Of a stretch of DNA of 64,000 bases, positions 1-16,166 are shown piece by piece. The notes below the pieces were generated by a model that did not search any database, was not told the origin of the DNA, and worked only from the letters and a program-made list of their open reading frames with translations. Position 1 is the first letter of the stretch; each line of letters begins with the position of its first letter. A program made the translations under genes and the position numbers. The stretch lies in NCBI RefSeq assembly GCF_009914755.1, contig NC_060936.1; one strand, given 5' to 3'. The DNA comes from the human T2T-CHM13v2.0 reference genome, Homo sapiens.

Positions 1-1160
1 GTTTTTCAGACTGGATTCCAGGGAGAAAATTACTTTTCTGCCAATTCTGTTTTATAATGCTTCTCTCATTTCTAGGGTGTGAAGAGGATACTGACCCACC
101 AGAAAGAGACCCCACTGCTAGAACGAATAAGATGTGCTGAAAGCCGGAGCATAACTTGGCCATTCCCAAGATTTAACAACAAACTAACTACCCATCATTA
201 ACAGTAAAGGTATTGAAGCATGAAGGAGTCTCTTCTCAGTGGGTATGAAACACACAGAAGTCCAAACAGAACAGACACTAAGCTTCTTGGACACACCATC
301 CAGGTTTAATAGCACTCTTTAGTAAGGTGGAATTAAAGGTTTACATCAGAATACACTGTGTATTTTTCTTATTTCACTGTATATTTAAAACAAGACAACC
401 TAAATATAGATCTCAGGGCAGAAATGTTCACTTGCTATAAACACATTTTGTTTTAATCTCCACAAAGCCCATGTTAAAAAAAAAATCCTTCCAGGTGTAT
501 TTGAAAACAGGCATCTGAAGTAGGCGGCTCTTATCTGATCGCTAATGTTATGATTATGCTGCTAGAGTAGTGAAAATCAGATAAACAGCACCAAGTTCTG
601 TTGGAATAAAGCATACTTATATCTCAGTGAGCTTCACATGGCAGCTTTGTATTCCTTAAATAAAAAATATGCCATCTGAACCTATGTTAAATTTTTGTGC
701 TATCATTATTTTTAAAGTGTCCAGGCTGTTTCTCATCTGTTCTGTATTATTAAGCTGAGTTTAAACTCATGACAACCTACTGCTGTCTGTAGTGGTACAT
801 GGAAGTGTGCCAGTGTATGATGGGGTAAAATTGGCACAGCCTTGTGAGGCATCATTTTTAATCAAAATATTAGTAACAAAACATTTTAAAATTAAAACTA
901 TTAAAGGCTTATAGGTGACTTGATTTTGAAATTCATATGAATTTTATAACAAAACAAGAGACTTTTAAAAAACTGTGTTTGTGGTTGCCTGTTTTGGAAG
1001 TCAGCACTAGACCTCTCAGTATGACATCACCCCCTGCCTTTAGAAGTAGCTGGGAGGAATGTTTTAGGAGCACTGTATGCCTAATTTCCTAATTTCCTTC
1101 TTTTCCACACATCACAATGGGAGAAGAATAAAAGGACTAGTCTTAAACAAAACAACCCAC

Positions 1161-1303
1161 CTTGTTGGCAAAACAGTTTTCAATCTCAAGCTTGTCAGTG
1201 TCTGCAACAATTTCTCCATTAGGTAAAACAGTGTAAACAAGCAGATGAGCACTAGGAGCAGAGTCTGATTCCACTCGAAAGGAGAAGGAAAACACCCCTT
1301 TCA
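1161..1303 (-). pseudogene. A2MP1: A2M-like exon 14
   Basis: MKGVFSFSFRVESDSAPSAHLLVYTVLPNGEIVADTDKLEIENCFANK; 143 nt. Confidence 0.92.
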
Positions 1304-2733
1304 CTGGAGAATTTAAAAAGAAGAACAAGTTCAGAATAACACATTAGCAACAGAATTATCAATTTGATTTTTTAAAAAGGCATTTCCAACTATAGACTTT
1401 ATTTACATTTGGATCACACTGAAGTAAGAAAAGACTTTATACCACTGTGCAGGTAGTAGTGTTCAATAAATATATGCTGAGCTAATGACATTTTCCCTTA
1501 AAGATATAGGTTTAATTGTTCATTTCCTCTGTTTAAGTAGGAAAAAGACATTTAATGCTTGTCTCTATTTCTAAATTGAAAAATATTATTGAGAAAGGAG
1601 TCAAGAGAGAAGAAAGAGAACTTCTAGACATGTTTGGTTATAATTCTTGTGTGTGTAAGGGCAATATAAACAATGCAACAGTCTTTTCCTTCAGGCCATT
1701 TATAATACAGCAGGGATACAGATACAAATCACATAAAAAGCCTTGTGAGCCTTTGATTTTTATAATAGAATTCTGTGTGTTCATCTCAGTGGTTGTCCTC
1801 TGTGTGAACTACATAGAGCTTATGTAACATTCCACTTGATTATTTTCATAAATGTTCTAAGTTTGATCTTTGTAGCATAAAATTATTCTTTAAAAATTGT
1901 ACCCTTCCTGTATCTATAAAAGATTTGAGGGCAGCTTTCATGAAAATACAGAGAAACAGCAGAGTCAAAATAATTTGAAACAGTAAGACGAAAGCCAAAT
2001 GAATGTGGAATTCTGAAGCAGGGTTAAACATAGGAGTTAATTTTATTAGGAAGCTGCAATGAAATGGTTATTACACTAGAGTACTTAAGTTTTTCACTGA
2101 GTTTCCGAAATGTCAAAGACAAAGTCAAAACAATCATTTACATAGCTGTCATTAAATAAAATGAAGTATATTTTTTCTTAAAGAGAGGGACACTTCTTCT
2201 TCCCATCCCACCACCTTAGGACCCAATCCATACAGGATTTAAACTCTACTGCAGAAACAAACTTTGAAGATACTGCTTTGTGAGGCAGTGACTTTTTCAT
2301 ATGTTATTAGAGACAACCTTACCTGCTCTAAAAAAATCAATACAATGTCCAATAACATAAAATCAGGGATTAAATGGAAATTTAGAGTCGATGTTTCATA
2401 TTTGAATGAACGTATTCAAATTTTGTGCTTTATTTCAAGCAGAAAGAAAACAATCAGTAAGAGATTATATAGACCTAAGAGATGTTACAGACCGAAGAAG
2501 AACCTATGGTGAGTGGCGTTTTAGAGTGTGGGTACTGCATCCTTATCATGACCTTAGAAGCCTCTTTCTGGCTCAAAAAGACTGGGAGAAAGTCTATGAA
2601 AAAAAGGTTTTCATCTAGAAGTAGAGTTACAGGAAATTTATTAAGAGGCTAATCTGGAACTCAAAAAATTACAAACAAACATTAATATTTTGAAATCAAA
2701 CTTAAATTCGTGATTAATTAAAAAGGTATCTTA

Positions 2734-4019
<1,286 letters not shown>

Positions 4020-4020
<1 letters not shown>

Positions 4021-5435
4021 GGAGGAGCTTTTACAGAAAAGTGTTAAAGCTTTTATAGAAAAGTGCTTCCTTCTTCCTGCTTATAACAAAACTGGAGAGG
4101 AGAAAAATAAATTGAATGAGGAAGTAGTCATCAAAAATGAACTAGGACTTGATAATTCGGAAATTTCTCAGCTTATCTAAATTGCAAAAATCGGTAAAAT
4201 TAAGACATTCGCTGTCAGGAAATTGTGCTCTAGAAAAAAAGCTATGATGTGACTGGACAACTTTTTGCTAAAGACTTGATTTGCAGAAAAATTAAAATGT
4301 CAGAGTAATTTAGCCACAAAAAAAGGGCTCTTCGAAAAGATTAAGTGCATGACTCTTAGATACCCTTACCCATCACAACAAAAGCCAAAATTGGAGATAG
4401 AATTATCCATCAAATGTCAATGAAAAGGCTTTTTGTTTAACGGAATGAATCTCTGTGACACACAGGAGACCTACATGGTTCTTGAAAAGTTTATACTAAT
4501 AGAAACATTGTCAGCTTCAACTAAAAGGGACAGAGAGAGTATAGAATAAAAGAAGAATATCAGACCTCTCAAATCATGCAAGCAGGAAACGAGATCTGAT
4601 AAAACAATTCAGCTGCAAACACATCCTTCATGAAAAAGGGCAAATGATTTCATGAGTGGATCCTTGAGCCCAGACAATAGAGAAATGAATTAAAGAGGAT
4701 TATTCCCAGGTGTTAAAACTATGCTGTTTTCCTAGCCAGATATCAGCACTTCTTGGGACTAAAGACTCTTTTTGCCCTAGGATGGATTATGTCCAGGACC
4801 TCAATAACACCTAATTTAGATGACTGAGATGATGAGATTTGGAACTTTTGAGCTAATGAGACTGTGAGCTTTTAATCTTATGTTAATGTTATGATGGATA
4901 GAGTGAATGCACTTTGCATGAGGGATGAATATGAATCTCTGGGGCCAATGGGAAGATTGTGGTAAATAGAATAATGGCCCCTGAAGATACTCAATTTCCA
5001 AAACTTCTGCATATGTTACTTTATATGGCAAAAGGGCCTTTGCAGAAATGATTAAATTAAGGATCTTGAGGTGTGAAGTTTATTCTGGATTATCCAAGTG
5101 GGCCCAATGTAATCACAAGGGTCTTTCCAGGAGGAAGACAGGAAGATGAGAGAGATTTGAAGATGGTATGTGGCTGAATTTGAAGATAGAGAAAGGAACC
5201 GCAAGCAAAGAATGCAAGAGGTCTCTAGAAGCTGGAAAAGGCAAGGAAAGAGTCTCCCCTCAAGCTCCAGCAGGAATGCAGTCCTGACACCTTGAGTTTA
5301 GCCTAGTGAGACTTCTGACCTCCAGAACTAGAAGATACAAGTGGTGTTTTAAGGCACTAAAACGAAGAACTAGAAGTATTGTTTTAAGCCCATAAATTTG
5401 TGATAATCTGTTACAGTAGTAATAGGCAATGCATA
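4020..5435 (+). mobile_element. MaLR internal fragment plus MLT1 LTR (LTR about 4957-5435)
   Basis: TGTGG..AGAATAATGGCCCC start, GGATTATCCA..GGGCCCAATGTAATCACAAGGGTC, GCTGGAAAAGGCAAGGAA, TTTTAAGCC..TTTGTG. Confidence 0.75.
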
Positions 5436-5762
5436 CACAAGCACACAAAGTAAAATTTTTCTGTGGTTATTTTCCATATTTTTTCAGTTATTTTCTGCCT
5501 TTTGAAGACATTAAAGACATAAAATGAATATGTATTAGTTTAGGAATAAAATTTAAAATGTAGGAATGCTATAAAAGAAGAAAAAATTTTAACTGGGCTA
5601 AAGCAAACCCAGTATGTCATCCTATTACATCAGCTTCTTCATCTTTGGATGAAGAGGTTGGTGACTGTTTCTTCTAATGTGAGAATAGCTCCAAATTGCT
5701 AAATTGTTCAGAATTTGACAAGATGAAAGAGGAAAGAAAAAGGAAATCTTGAAAACATTTAC

Positions 5763-5826
5763 TGTTTCCTTGTTCAATGGATAACACATGGATTCCTGAT
5801 TGGGAGATTTTTCCTCTTGCTTTGAT
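5763..5826 (-). pseudogene. A2MP1: A2M-like exon 13
   Basis: IKARGKISQSGIHVLSIEQGN; 64 nt. Confidence 0.88.
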
Positions 5827-7046
5827 CTGAAGGCAGAAGGAAATATATTCATTATTGTTTAAAAGAATACATTTTAACCTAACTTTAAAACATTCATGAT
5901 ATATTTGTGAACCATAATCTTATTACCCCAACCTAGAAGTTATTTTGATCACTAAACTTCCTTTTCAATATCTTCATATATGTGTCTTTACATACTTTAA
6001 ATAAAAAATATATAATTGTATAACGTTTTATTATTTTATTTAATATTTATCACTTCTAATAAATATATGTAAATATGTAAACAGAATTTATGTATTTTTT
6101 CAACAAACATTTCAAACATCTACCTTATGCAAAGCAATATATAGTGAAGGCAGATATAAAGTATAAATAAGTATTCTCTAATATTGCCTCTATTTTAAAA
6201 AAACTAAATGTATTGAGCATTCTCTATATGCCAGGAACTGAACTAAGTAATTTACTGTTAATTTACACTATAATTCCATGAAGTAGGTATTAATATTATC
6301 TCCAGGACTAAAGTGAGATGATTGACATTTCTCTTTCCAGATGAAATTAGGTAAGTTATCCAAGGTCATGTATCTAGGAAGCAATAAATCTAGGAAATTC
6401 AAATTTATTGTTAATTTTTCTATTTTTTTATGGAATTAAGAAAATGTTATTTATAGTTAATGCTCTTATACAGAATTCCCTATATTTAACTTTTTCTTCT
6501 TAAAATGACTTATTTGAGTAACTATGAGCCTTGGACATTTTCAATTTGGGGGCATTCGTGGGAATATTGGCCTCAAAAGTATCACTCCAATTTATAGTCT
6601 GCCTGTTAATATACCTTTTCCTTGCAATCACACCAGTCATGAGCTTTGTAAAATAATTAGAATTGAATATTTTTCCAGAAGATTGTTTATAAGTTTTATT
6701 TCCTTTTGAATGAGTTCATGGTTCTTAGCTTTTGCTTCTTTATCTACTGAGTTCTAAGAAAACATTTTCTCTTTGACTAAAAACATTTTATCCTAGGCTC
6801 TTTCCTCTCCTGCTCAATAAGTTGCCATTGGAACTCTGCAAGGAAAAATTCTAAAAGTTTCAGTGGTGAATAGAGCATAAATGAGAAATTAAAGCATTAA
6901 TATTTGTTAGGAAGTAACTTCTCTTCTAGCACAAAAACAATACAAAATATATTATTGTTATCTTATAAATGGCATTACTTAGACAGGAACCCAGCAATTT
7001 TGGAGTCTACACAATCAGAAGGAGCTACAGTGGGTCTTATTCTTAC

Positions 7047-7274
7047 CAAATAGTAGAAGGTTAATTCTTTTTCATCCCTGAGAATCTGTTTATTCAGAAT
7101 GTAGTGTGCTTGAATCTCCTGGGTTTGTCCACAGGTCAAAGTACCAATAATAGGTTTGAGGTGAATATAACTCTTGCTTGGGGAAAAAAAATGCTTTGCA
7201 GTATGAGATGTTTGCGTATGAAATTCATCAAGCCACCAGTTATCAGAACAATTGTTACTCTCTTTGTATTTGAC
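7047..7274 (-). pseudogene. A2MP1: A2M-like exon 12
   Basis: VKYKESNNC...FFSPSKSYIHLKP...LTCGQTQEIQAHYILN...LTFYYL; 228 nt. Confidence 0.92.
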
Positions 7275-7754
7275 CTAATGGAAGAATAAATAAGCTGTTT
7301 TATATATAATATATATATGATTGCAAAAATATATAAAAATATGCATATTATATATGTTTGTATATATATACATAAAGCAATATAATAAAGCCATATAAGA
7401 AGGCTGCTTTCTTAAATATAGCAGAATCTGTAAACTGATTCCCCTCGAGATCATTTAAGCTTATGCTGTACTGATTTAGTAGATGTTATTCATTCACAAA
7501 CAAGGTCAATTACTTTCTCTTAACACGCTATGGCTGCAAATTGCATAAGAACATTTGAATATTCAACACAAAACAAAATAGTAGTATGCCAAAGAAACCA
7601 AGCAAGATCTTACTTGTATTAGAATCATAAAAATATTCAATTTTTCAAAGGAATATCAAGATGATCTATTCAATGTCTCTTGAACCTAAATCATATTGTC
7701 AACAGAGTTTACCTACAAGTAAAAGATTTCTGGCAGACTTTTCTCTTTTTATAA

Positions 7755-8110
<356 letters not shown>

Positions 8111-8222
8111 TTATCACTTTTTTTTTAATTCCTAGAGTTCACATGCCTCTCAAATATCTTTAAATTATCTCTGGCCACAGTAATTTCTCTATTTTTGGTC
8201 CCAGATGCCCCTTTCCACTTAC

Positions 8223-8381
8223 TGAAATTGTGAGAAAAGGTGATATGTAGTTGGTGGTGTCCATGGAAATGTTCACCAAACCATGCTCATCAGTAGTTGC
8301 ACTGAAATAGTATCTAGTATTCACATGAACATCTACAGTTTTGTTGGTGATTGGCTGATGGTTTTCATTGACTAGAAGAAC
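8223..8381 (-). pseudogene. A2MP1: A2M-like exon 11
   Basis: VLLVNENHQPITNKTV...SATTDEHGLVNISMDTTNY...; 159 nt. Confidence 0.92.
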
Positions 8382-8589
8382 CTAGAGATATAAAAGTCAT
8401 AGCTGGTTAAATTGTCATATGGCAATAACATCTTCCACTCCGTCACATTTACCGCCAGGTCACTCCCTGTCATTTACTGAAGATCTTAGAATCTGAAAAC
8501 GAGACTTGTTTTCTGAGCTCTAAACTATGATTTTTCTTTTTAATACTTCTTTTTAAAAATTATTTTGAAAGCTAAATGGCAGTTTATTT

Positions 8590-8812
8590 TCCATTATTAT
8601 TCTAAATTCACAAATCATAATTATATACATTTCCTGGGTACAATGTGATGTTTTGATATATGTATACAACGTGGAATGATTAAATATACTAACATATATA
8701 TCACGTCACTTACCACTTTTTCAGATGAGACATTTATAATTTATTATTTTGAAATGTACAATATATTATTACTGACTATAATTATCCTGTTATGCAATAC
8801 ATCTCAAAATCT
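8590..8812 (-). mobile_element. L1M 3'-end fragment (approximate)
   Basis: GGGTACAATGTGATGTTTTGATATATGTATACA is a typical L1MA 3' end. Confidence 0.65.
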
Positions 8813-8819
8813 TGAATAG

Positions 8820-9500
8820 TTCTATTTGGATATCTCATGGGGACTCAAATTGAGAACATCCAAAAGTGGGATCATCACACTACCTTCCCAAACTTTCTCC
8901 ACTTCCACTGTTCTCTCTTTCAGTATATGGGTCTTCCATCTATCAGGTAACTGACGCAGGAATACTGAGGAATTGGGTTTTTTTTAATGAGTCATTTTCT
9001 TTCACTGCTTATCTCAAACTCATTGTCAAGTGCTATCTCCTCTCCCCATCTCCCATCAAATATATATTGATTCTATCTGCTTCTCTCCAAATCTGCTGCT
9101 ACCATTCTAGTTAAAATCACATTTTTTCCCATCTGGTTTCCAGTAGCTATTTAATCTTCTGCATTTCCTTGCTGCTTCATTCTTGTCTAAACCATTCTAT
9201 ACATCCTGAGCTAACCTGATCATGTTACTCTCTTTCTTAAAACCATTAGTCACTTCTCAATCCAAAATTCTTACCATATCTTAAAAGACCTTAATAACTG
9301 TTCTTGCTTGCCTGCAATTATTCAGTGAATTCGGTCATGTCTTTAACCTTAGCTGTCATCACACTGGCTGCTTTTTAGTTCTTTGCTCTTGAAAAACTGT
9401 TTCATACCCAGAGCCTTAGACATTCTCCCTTTTATCTTACATTTCTGACCATGTCATACTCACCTTTCAAGTCATCAGTTTTTCTCATGATCTTCTCTCT
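8820..9500. mobile_element. L2 fragment (approximate)
   Basis: Pyrimidine-rich L2-like text (CTGATCATGTTACTC.., CATACTCACCTTTCAAG). Confidence 0.5.
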
Positions 9501-10156
9501 ACCTGAAATGGCCATATGAAACTATATCTATATAGTTATTAATTTCTTGATAATTTAATATGAAATACTAGGATAAATGAAGAAAATGTAAAATTCAAGT
9601 ATAAAATATCAAATATAAAATTCAAAATACAGCTTGAAGCATTTGCCCATGAACTGTTAATTCAAAGATTATTTACTACAAAATATAATTTAAAATACCT
9701 AGAAATCTTGCATCTCTTATATGAAAGAAAATGGATAGTTTACTAAATTATTGGCTCTAAAATGTATCAATATTGGTATCTATATGAAACTTTGAAATGG
9801 AAAACAACTTTAAAAACTACCAGTAATAAAAAATTCAATCATCTAGATGAAAGAATGTGTTTGAATTCTTCCTATAAAAATTATGTTACAAAATCATTGT
9901 TTATAAAGAGACAATCAAAGAGTATGCAGCTGAACTACACAAATGTATTACAGAGGTGTGTTAGGAAGTTAATAAAACATGCTTTGTTTTTCTGGATTTT
10001 GTGATTATATTTGCTTTTTAAATTATAATCTGCTGTACTTTTTTCCTATTTGAAATATTATTTTTTTAAATAAATTTTGATTTTGTGATTTAAAACTTCA
10101 TTTTCTTAAAAACCTCATGCCCCAAATTGTGATTATGTTAAAAACATTTTTTTTAC

Positions 10157-10266
10157 CTGTCCATACCAGGGGAGTCCACTTCTGTAATGTGAATCTACTT
10201 TAGTAAATCTCAGTATCCTTAAGGTATCTGTGATTTCATATGATCCATGCCCAGTTAATTCCAATC
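10157..10266 (-). pseudogene. A2MP1: A2M-like exon 10
   Basis: GLELTGHGSYEITDTLRILRFTKVDSHYRSGLPWYGQ; 110 nt. Confidence 0.92.
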
Positions 10267-10950
10267 CTGAAAAATAAATGAAGTTGAACCATTCTATGTA
10301 TTAAAAACTCACCTCCTACTTCCTCCTCAGCCTCACTTCATCATAACAAAATACCATCCACATTCTCTTTTCTTTATTCTTGCCAGTTTCCCACATTTAC
10401 AAGCTATTTGACCAGCAACTGGACATTAGCTTCACCTTCACATGAAACATTATTGGTATCCATCGTCCCTCATTCCTCTGGTTTTCCACCTATGTTCTTT
10501 ATTTTCTCAACTCCTCTGTGATCTTGCTCCATCTTTGTTTTTCCCTCTCTCACATCCCTGCTCTCCCTCCACAACTTTCTGTACATGGTTGGATTCTTCA
10601 CAATCACACTGGCCCAAAATATGCTTGAATTTCTAATACAAACTTTATTTCCAGAAAGACCTGTCGTTTCCCTGCGTGAGCTATCCAAAGGATAGTGAAC
10701 ACCTGGTGCTTTTCCATTCAATGATGTGTACTCTGTATCTTGTTCTTATCAAAAACACAGTGCTATCAAATTCTTAAAAGATTCCCTACTTGCCCTCCAT
10801 ATCGAATTCTCATCTCAGACTTCATTGTACATGAACTCTCGGTAGTACTCCACACTAAGTACCACTGAAACTCTTCCTTCCAGGGGCTTCTAAAAAATTA
10901 TCCTCGTTGTTTTTGCCCCAGCTCTCTGGCTTCTTATTTAATTATGCTGA

Positions 10951-11380
<430 letters not shown>

Positions 11381-11526
11381 TCACTCTTAAGAGGACATAG
11401 ACACAACGAGAATGGATTTAGATTTACATTTCTGGTCCTAATTTAACTCTGGCTCTGTTTTAAAATTATCAGCTAAATACATCCACTTCCGTTTTGATAT
11501 TCCAAGCTGTAGTTATCTTTAACATT

Positions 11527-11818
<292 letters not shown>

Positions 11819-12512
11819 TTATTTTTAACACATCTCATCATAACAGTTCTTTTTCATTGACTCATTATCTTGGTTAATGGTATTTCCATTTCCCAGGCCC
11901 CAAATTTGGAATCTTTGGGGTCACCTTTGACTAATCGTCTGACGTACCACATGGTAGCACATTTTTTCATCTAGCCTATCCTCTTCAGGTCTGCTAGACT
12001 TACCTTTTAAGAATATCAATTTATTTAGACGATTCTTCTCAAATATATTGAAAGATATCCAAGCTTTTCAGAATAAATTTAAACTCTTTAGTGTATGATT
12101 TACTTTTCTCCACAGCTTAGCACCAGCCTCCATTTTCAGATTCTTCTGAGATCATAGTTTTTGATGCTTATCACGTTTTCCCTTTCCATCATTAATCTTT
12201 CAAAGTATTACCTACCCTATATAAATCAGTTGAAATGCTATTTTAGCAATAAGGTTTTCTTTGGGCTCTAGAAGGTATACTAGAATTAATTACCTCTCTT
12301 CATACTCACTTGGCCCTTTTTTGTATTTCTTGCAGAAATTTTATTATGGCTATGTGCACACACACACTTAATTTCTATTTTTAGGTGCCTAATTCCTTGA
12401 GGGCAGGGACCGTGTTATTTTCATAATCTCCAGAAACTATAAAGTGTTTTACATGGAATGGAAGTTTGATAAATATGTATCACATTAATAAATATTTAAA
12501 AATAATACAAAC

Positions 12513-12627
12513 CGGTTCCCTCCTCTTTGACCTTCGCTTTGACATGTATCGTCATGTCATACTCTTTTTGTCTCAGCTGAAATATTTTAGTGTTTACAAG
12601 TTGTGTGAAACATCCTTCAGTGTCTGC
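12513..12627 (-). pseudogene. A2MP1: A2M-like exon 9
   Basis: ADTEGCFTQLVNTKIFQLRQKEYDMTIHVKAKVKEEGT; 115 nt. Confidence 0.92.
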
Positions 12628-13068
12628 CTGAAGAGAAAGAAAGAGAATTCTCAGGTCTTCCAATTTGCTACTTAAAAAGTCAGCTGTCAATTTATGAGAA
12701 TTTTTTTACTGGCCATAAAAATAAATGTAACAAATGTTCTGACCATTCTTTTGGTGCTTATCTTTTCCCAAGCCCAAGAATGACATAAAGTTTCTTCGTT
12801 CATCATTGATTTATTCATTATCAACCTTTGGCTTCTCCCCTCTCTTCTGAAAACTGATTCCATTTCTGCCATATTCAACTTTCTAGAGTTTCCAAACGTG
12901 CCATGGTATTTCATAATTCTATCTCTATGCATGTGTTGTTCCTCAAATGATAATTCTCTTTTTCCCATTCTTACCGTAGCCAACAGTTAGGCTCCTCAAA
13001 ACTTAACTCAGACATAACATATTCTGAGAAGGCTTTCATTCCTATAAATATTGACTAAGGATTGCTAT

Positions 13069-13378
13069 GTTTTGTTTTGTTTTTTTTCTTTTTTTGAGTC
13101 AGAGTCTCACTCTGTCACCCAGGCTAGAGTGCAGTGGCCATGATCATGGCTCACTGCAGCCTCAACCTCCTGGGCTCAAGTGATCCTCCTACCTCAGCCT
13201 CCCGAGTGGTTGGGACGACAGGTATGTGCCACCACACCTGGCTGATATTTTATTTTTTATAGGGGCAGGGGTCTCACTATATTGCACAGGTTGGTCTCAA
13301 ACTCCTGGGCTCAAGCGATTTTCTCACCTCAGCCTCTCAAAGTGCTGGGATTACAGGTGTAAGCCACTGCACCCAGCC
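13069..13378 (-). mobile_element. AluJ
   Basis: Reverse Alu with J-type CTCCTGGGCTCAAG; TSD AGGATTG(C/T)TATGTT. Confidence 0.9.
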
Positions 13379-13786
13379 AGGATTGTTATGTTCTTAACTG
13401 TATATTCTCAATATCTAGGATATTAATAGGAATATATACATTTATTAAATAGATGAATCCTCACCATAACCAAGTTTTCAAACTAAATGTTGGGGTACAT
13501 GTTTTAATAAAGATTTGTTTTCATTTTAAATTTATTTATAAGAAAATCTTTATTGCATAATAAATTTAATCATATTAATTTATTTTTATATAGATGTATG
13601 TCATGACTCACTTGAAAACAGAAGTTAATACTAGTCTCCCTGATACATTACAGATTTGGGCAGCTAGATTCCTCTTATAGTATCTTGCTTGTCAGTGTCT
13701 GCCTTGGTGTTCATTATTATATTCGTTACTCTGGCCTCTCATTCATTTGCTCTCTGCAGCTTTGATAACTTTCTTTTCCATACCCT

Positions 13787-14272
13787 TGAGGTAAGAGGTG
13801 GGACTCAACTTTGGAAGCAGGTCTCAGACACCGGACCAAATTGAGAACTTACTAAAACAGGGATGCAGGGTGGCTGCTTTCCATTAGACGTGCCTACCAG
13901 TGTGCCATGTCAGTTTACCATTGCCGTGGCGACACCCGAAGTTAATGCCTCTTTCCATGGCAATGGCCTGACAACCCAGAAGTTACCACTTTTTCCTGGA
14001 AATTTCTGCATAATCTGCCTCTTAATTTCCATGTAACTAAAATGGGTGTAAATATGACTGCAGTACTCCCTTTGAGCTGCTACTGTGGGCACACTGCTTA
14101 TGGGGTAGCCCTGCTCTGCAAGGAACAGTACCTCTGCTGCTGCTGTACGCTGCTGCTTCAATAAACGTTGCTGTCTCTAACACCTCTGGCTTGCCCTTGA
14201 ATTCTTTCCTGGGTGAAGAAAAGAACCCTCTTGGGCTAAAACCCCATTTCGGAGCTTACCTGCCCTGCGTCA
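13787..14272 (+). mobile_element. Solo ERV1-class LTR (MER66/MER50-like), 486 bp
   Basis: TG...CA termini, 4-bp TSD CCCT on both sides, TAAATA box and AATAAA inside; subfamily uncertain. Confidence 0.85.
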
Positions 14273-14882
14273 CCCTTACAGGGTCTGCTCATACTGCCAC
14301 ACCCTGGACTTTTTACATACTCTGCCTCTGGAATCAGTAATTTTTGCCTTTTATTTTTTAATACATCACATTCTACTTTCAGCTGTTCCCCTTAATTATT
14401 CTTATTCCACTTCTTCCTTGACGTGTTTTGGGCATCTAATCCATTGTCCTTGGAAGCCTTCCTTCCTTCAGCCTTATACTGGTTTAACATTCCTCCAGCG
14501 CAGTTTACTTTCCACGACATTCCATTTGATTCTCCCACTAGCCAAATTCTTAACACCTGCCACACACATTTTTCTGTTTTCTGTTTGATAAAAGACAACT
14601 CTGGATCCTTCCACATCCTTTTATGCCCTTATATCTGGCATTTGGATTGCCGTTGGAAGGACATTACCAAACTAACCAGATAAATACCACTAGATACCCA
14701 CGAGCCCAACCCTCAAGTGAGCCCCCAACACTGCCAGACCATCTTACAATTTTCCCCCACTCCACCATTTTGCTTGATGGGTATTTCAAACACTATTCTC
14801 TGTTGTATTGTATTCACTATTGTAATCCATGAGAAGAGAAAACCTTGGTATTAGTGTCCTGAGCAGAGTGGTTTCCACATAA

Positions 14883-15006
14883 CTGTTGATTGAATTCTTC
14901 ACAGATACTTTGTGAATGTGTGTTGTGGCAGTCGGAACGGCATAGTGAATATCTTCTGCATACACTAAGTGTCACCAGACCAGGGACAGGCTCTCCATAT
15001 GTGTAC
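14883..15006 (-). pseudogene. A2MP1: A2M-like exon 8; donor mutated
   Basis: YTYGEPVPGLVTLSVCRRYSLCRSDCHNTHSQSICEEFNQQ; ends CAG|ttatgt. Confidence 0.88.
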
Positions 15007-15559
15007 CTATAACAATAAGGTGGCCATGCGAAAAGCTACTTAATGGAAATAATACTGATGTTTCTTCAACTGACTTGATCCTTTCATACATCCACCTTAA
15101 GCTGTTGTATTACCTTCCATATTATTTCCATTTTATAAACCCTTCTTCTGAAAGGCCGTGTCTTAATTGTCCATAACTCTCAGAAAAAGTACTGGAAGAA
15201 TCTTTTTGAAACAGCTCCAAATGGAAAATTACCAATTTAGTTTTTCTCAGATCTTTCTTCCCTCTTAGTTGCGGTTTTACTATAAGATGGTCCTATTTCC
15301 CTCTTTCTCTGCTGTCAGATTATCTAGGTCATGATTCCAGCTTTGACAACACCTCCTACATTGTCTTAGGGCAACATATTAAGACTATGTAGAGAGTGTA
15401 TTTCTGAGTTCTCCTTGATTTATAGGTACTTTAAGAAAATAAATGTGAAGTTAGATGGAAAAGTAGTAGCTATAAAACAAAAATGTTGTATCATGACTCA
15501 GTTTGATTCTGCCTAATATGATAGAAGGAAATGACACAAAGCCATAACTAATTTGTTGT

Positions 15560-15750
15560 CTCTCAAAACGTGTTTTGTGGACCACCAGCATTGAAACGAT
15601 CTGGGATACATGTTGACATGCAGATTTCTGAGACTTTCCTCAGATGTATGATTGGAATCTTTGGACATGGGGCCAGAGAATCTGCATTTGAAGTAAGCAC
15701 ACTCCCCACCCCATAGATTCTGTTGAACACTGACGTTTGAAACCTATTGC
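15560..15750. mobile_element. MER5-type hAT DNA transposon relic
   Basis: TCTCAAA..ATGCAGATT..GAATCT..GAATCTGCATTT..TTTGAAACC pattern. Confidence 0.7.
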
Positions 15751-16081
15751 TTTAGCCCAAATGATGGGGCAGATAAGGTGTAGGGTCAGTTCCCCAAGCT
15801 TCTCCTTTTTATAGGATTACTTACAGAATAAAAATATTAGTACACACAAGCCAATTAGAACATTGTCTGGCCCATTTTAAATGTCCAGTAAATGATTTTA
15901 TGATTAGCAGATGTGTGTCATCTGCTACTGTACCTGCTCCCTACTGTGAGCTTAGGCAAGCTACAAAGAGAGGTATTCCTCTCCTAATTAAAACACTTCC
16001 AACTTCAGTAACTGTTATTTACAATACCTCCCCTCAGATAGAGTACAGAAATAGAAATGAGATGAAAAAAATGCAACTCAC

Positions 16082-16166
16082 AAGGCACAGGTTGTTATCA
16101 CAAATTCTTCATCTAGAAAACCAATAACCTTGGGCATTTTTACTTGGACCTCAAATTTAGGCAAAA
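16082..16166 (-). pseudogene. A2MP1: A2M-like exon 7
   Basis: VLPKFEVQVKMPKVIGFLDEEFVITTCAL; 85 nt. Confidence 0.92.
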
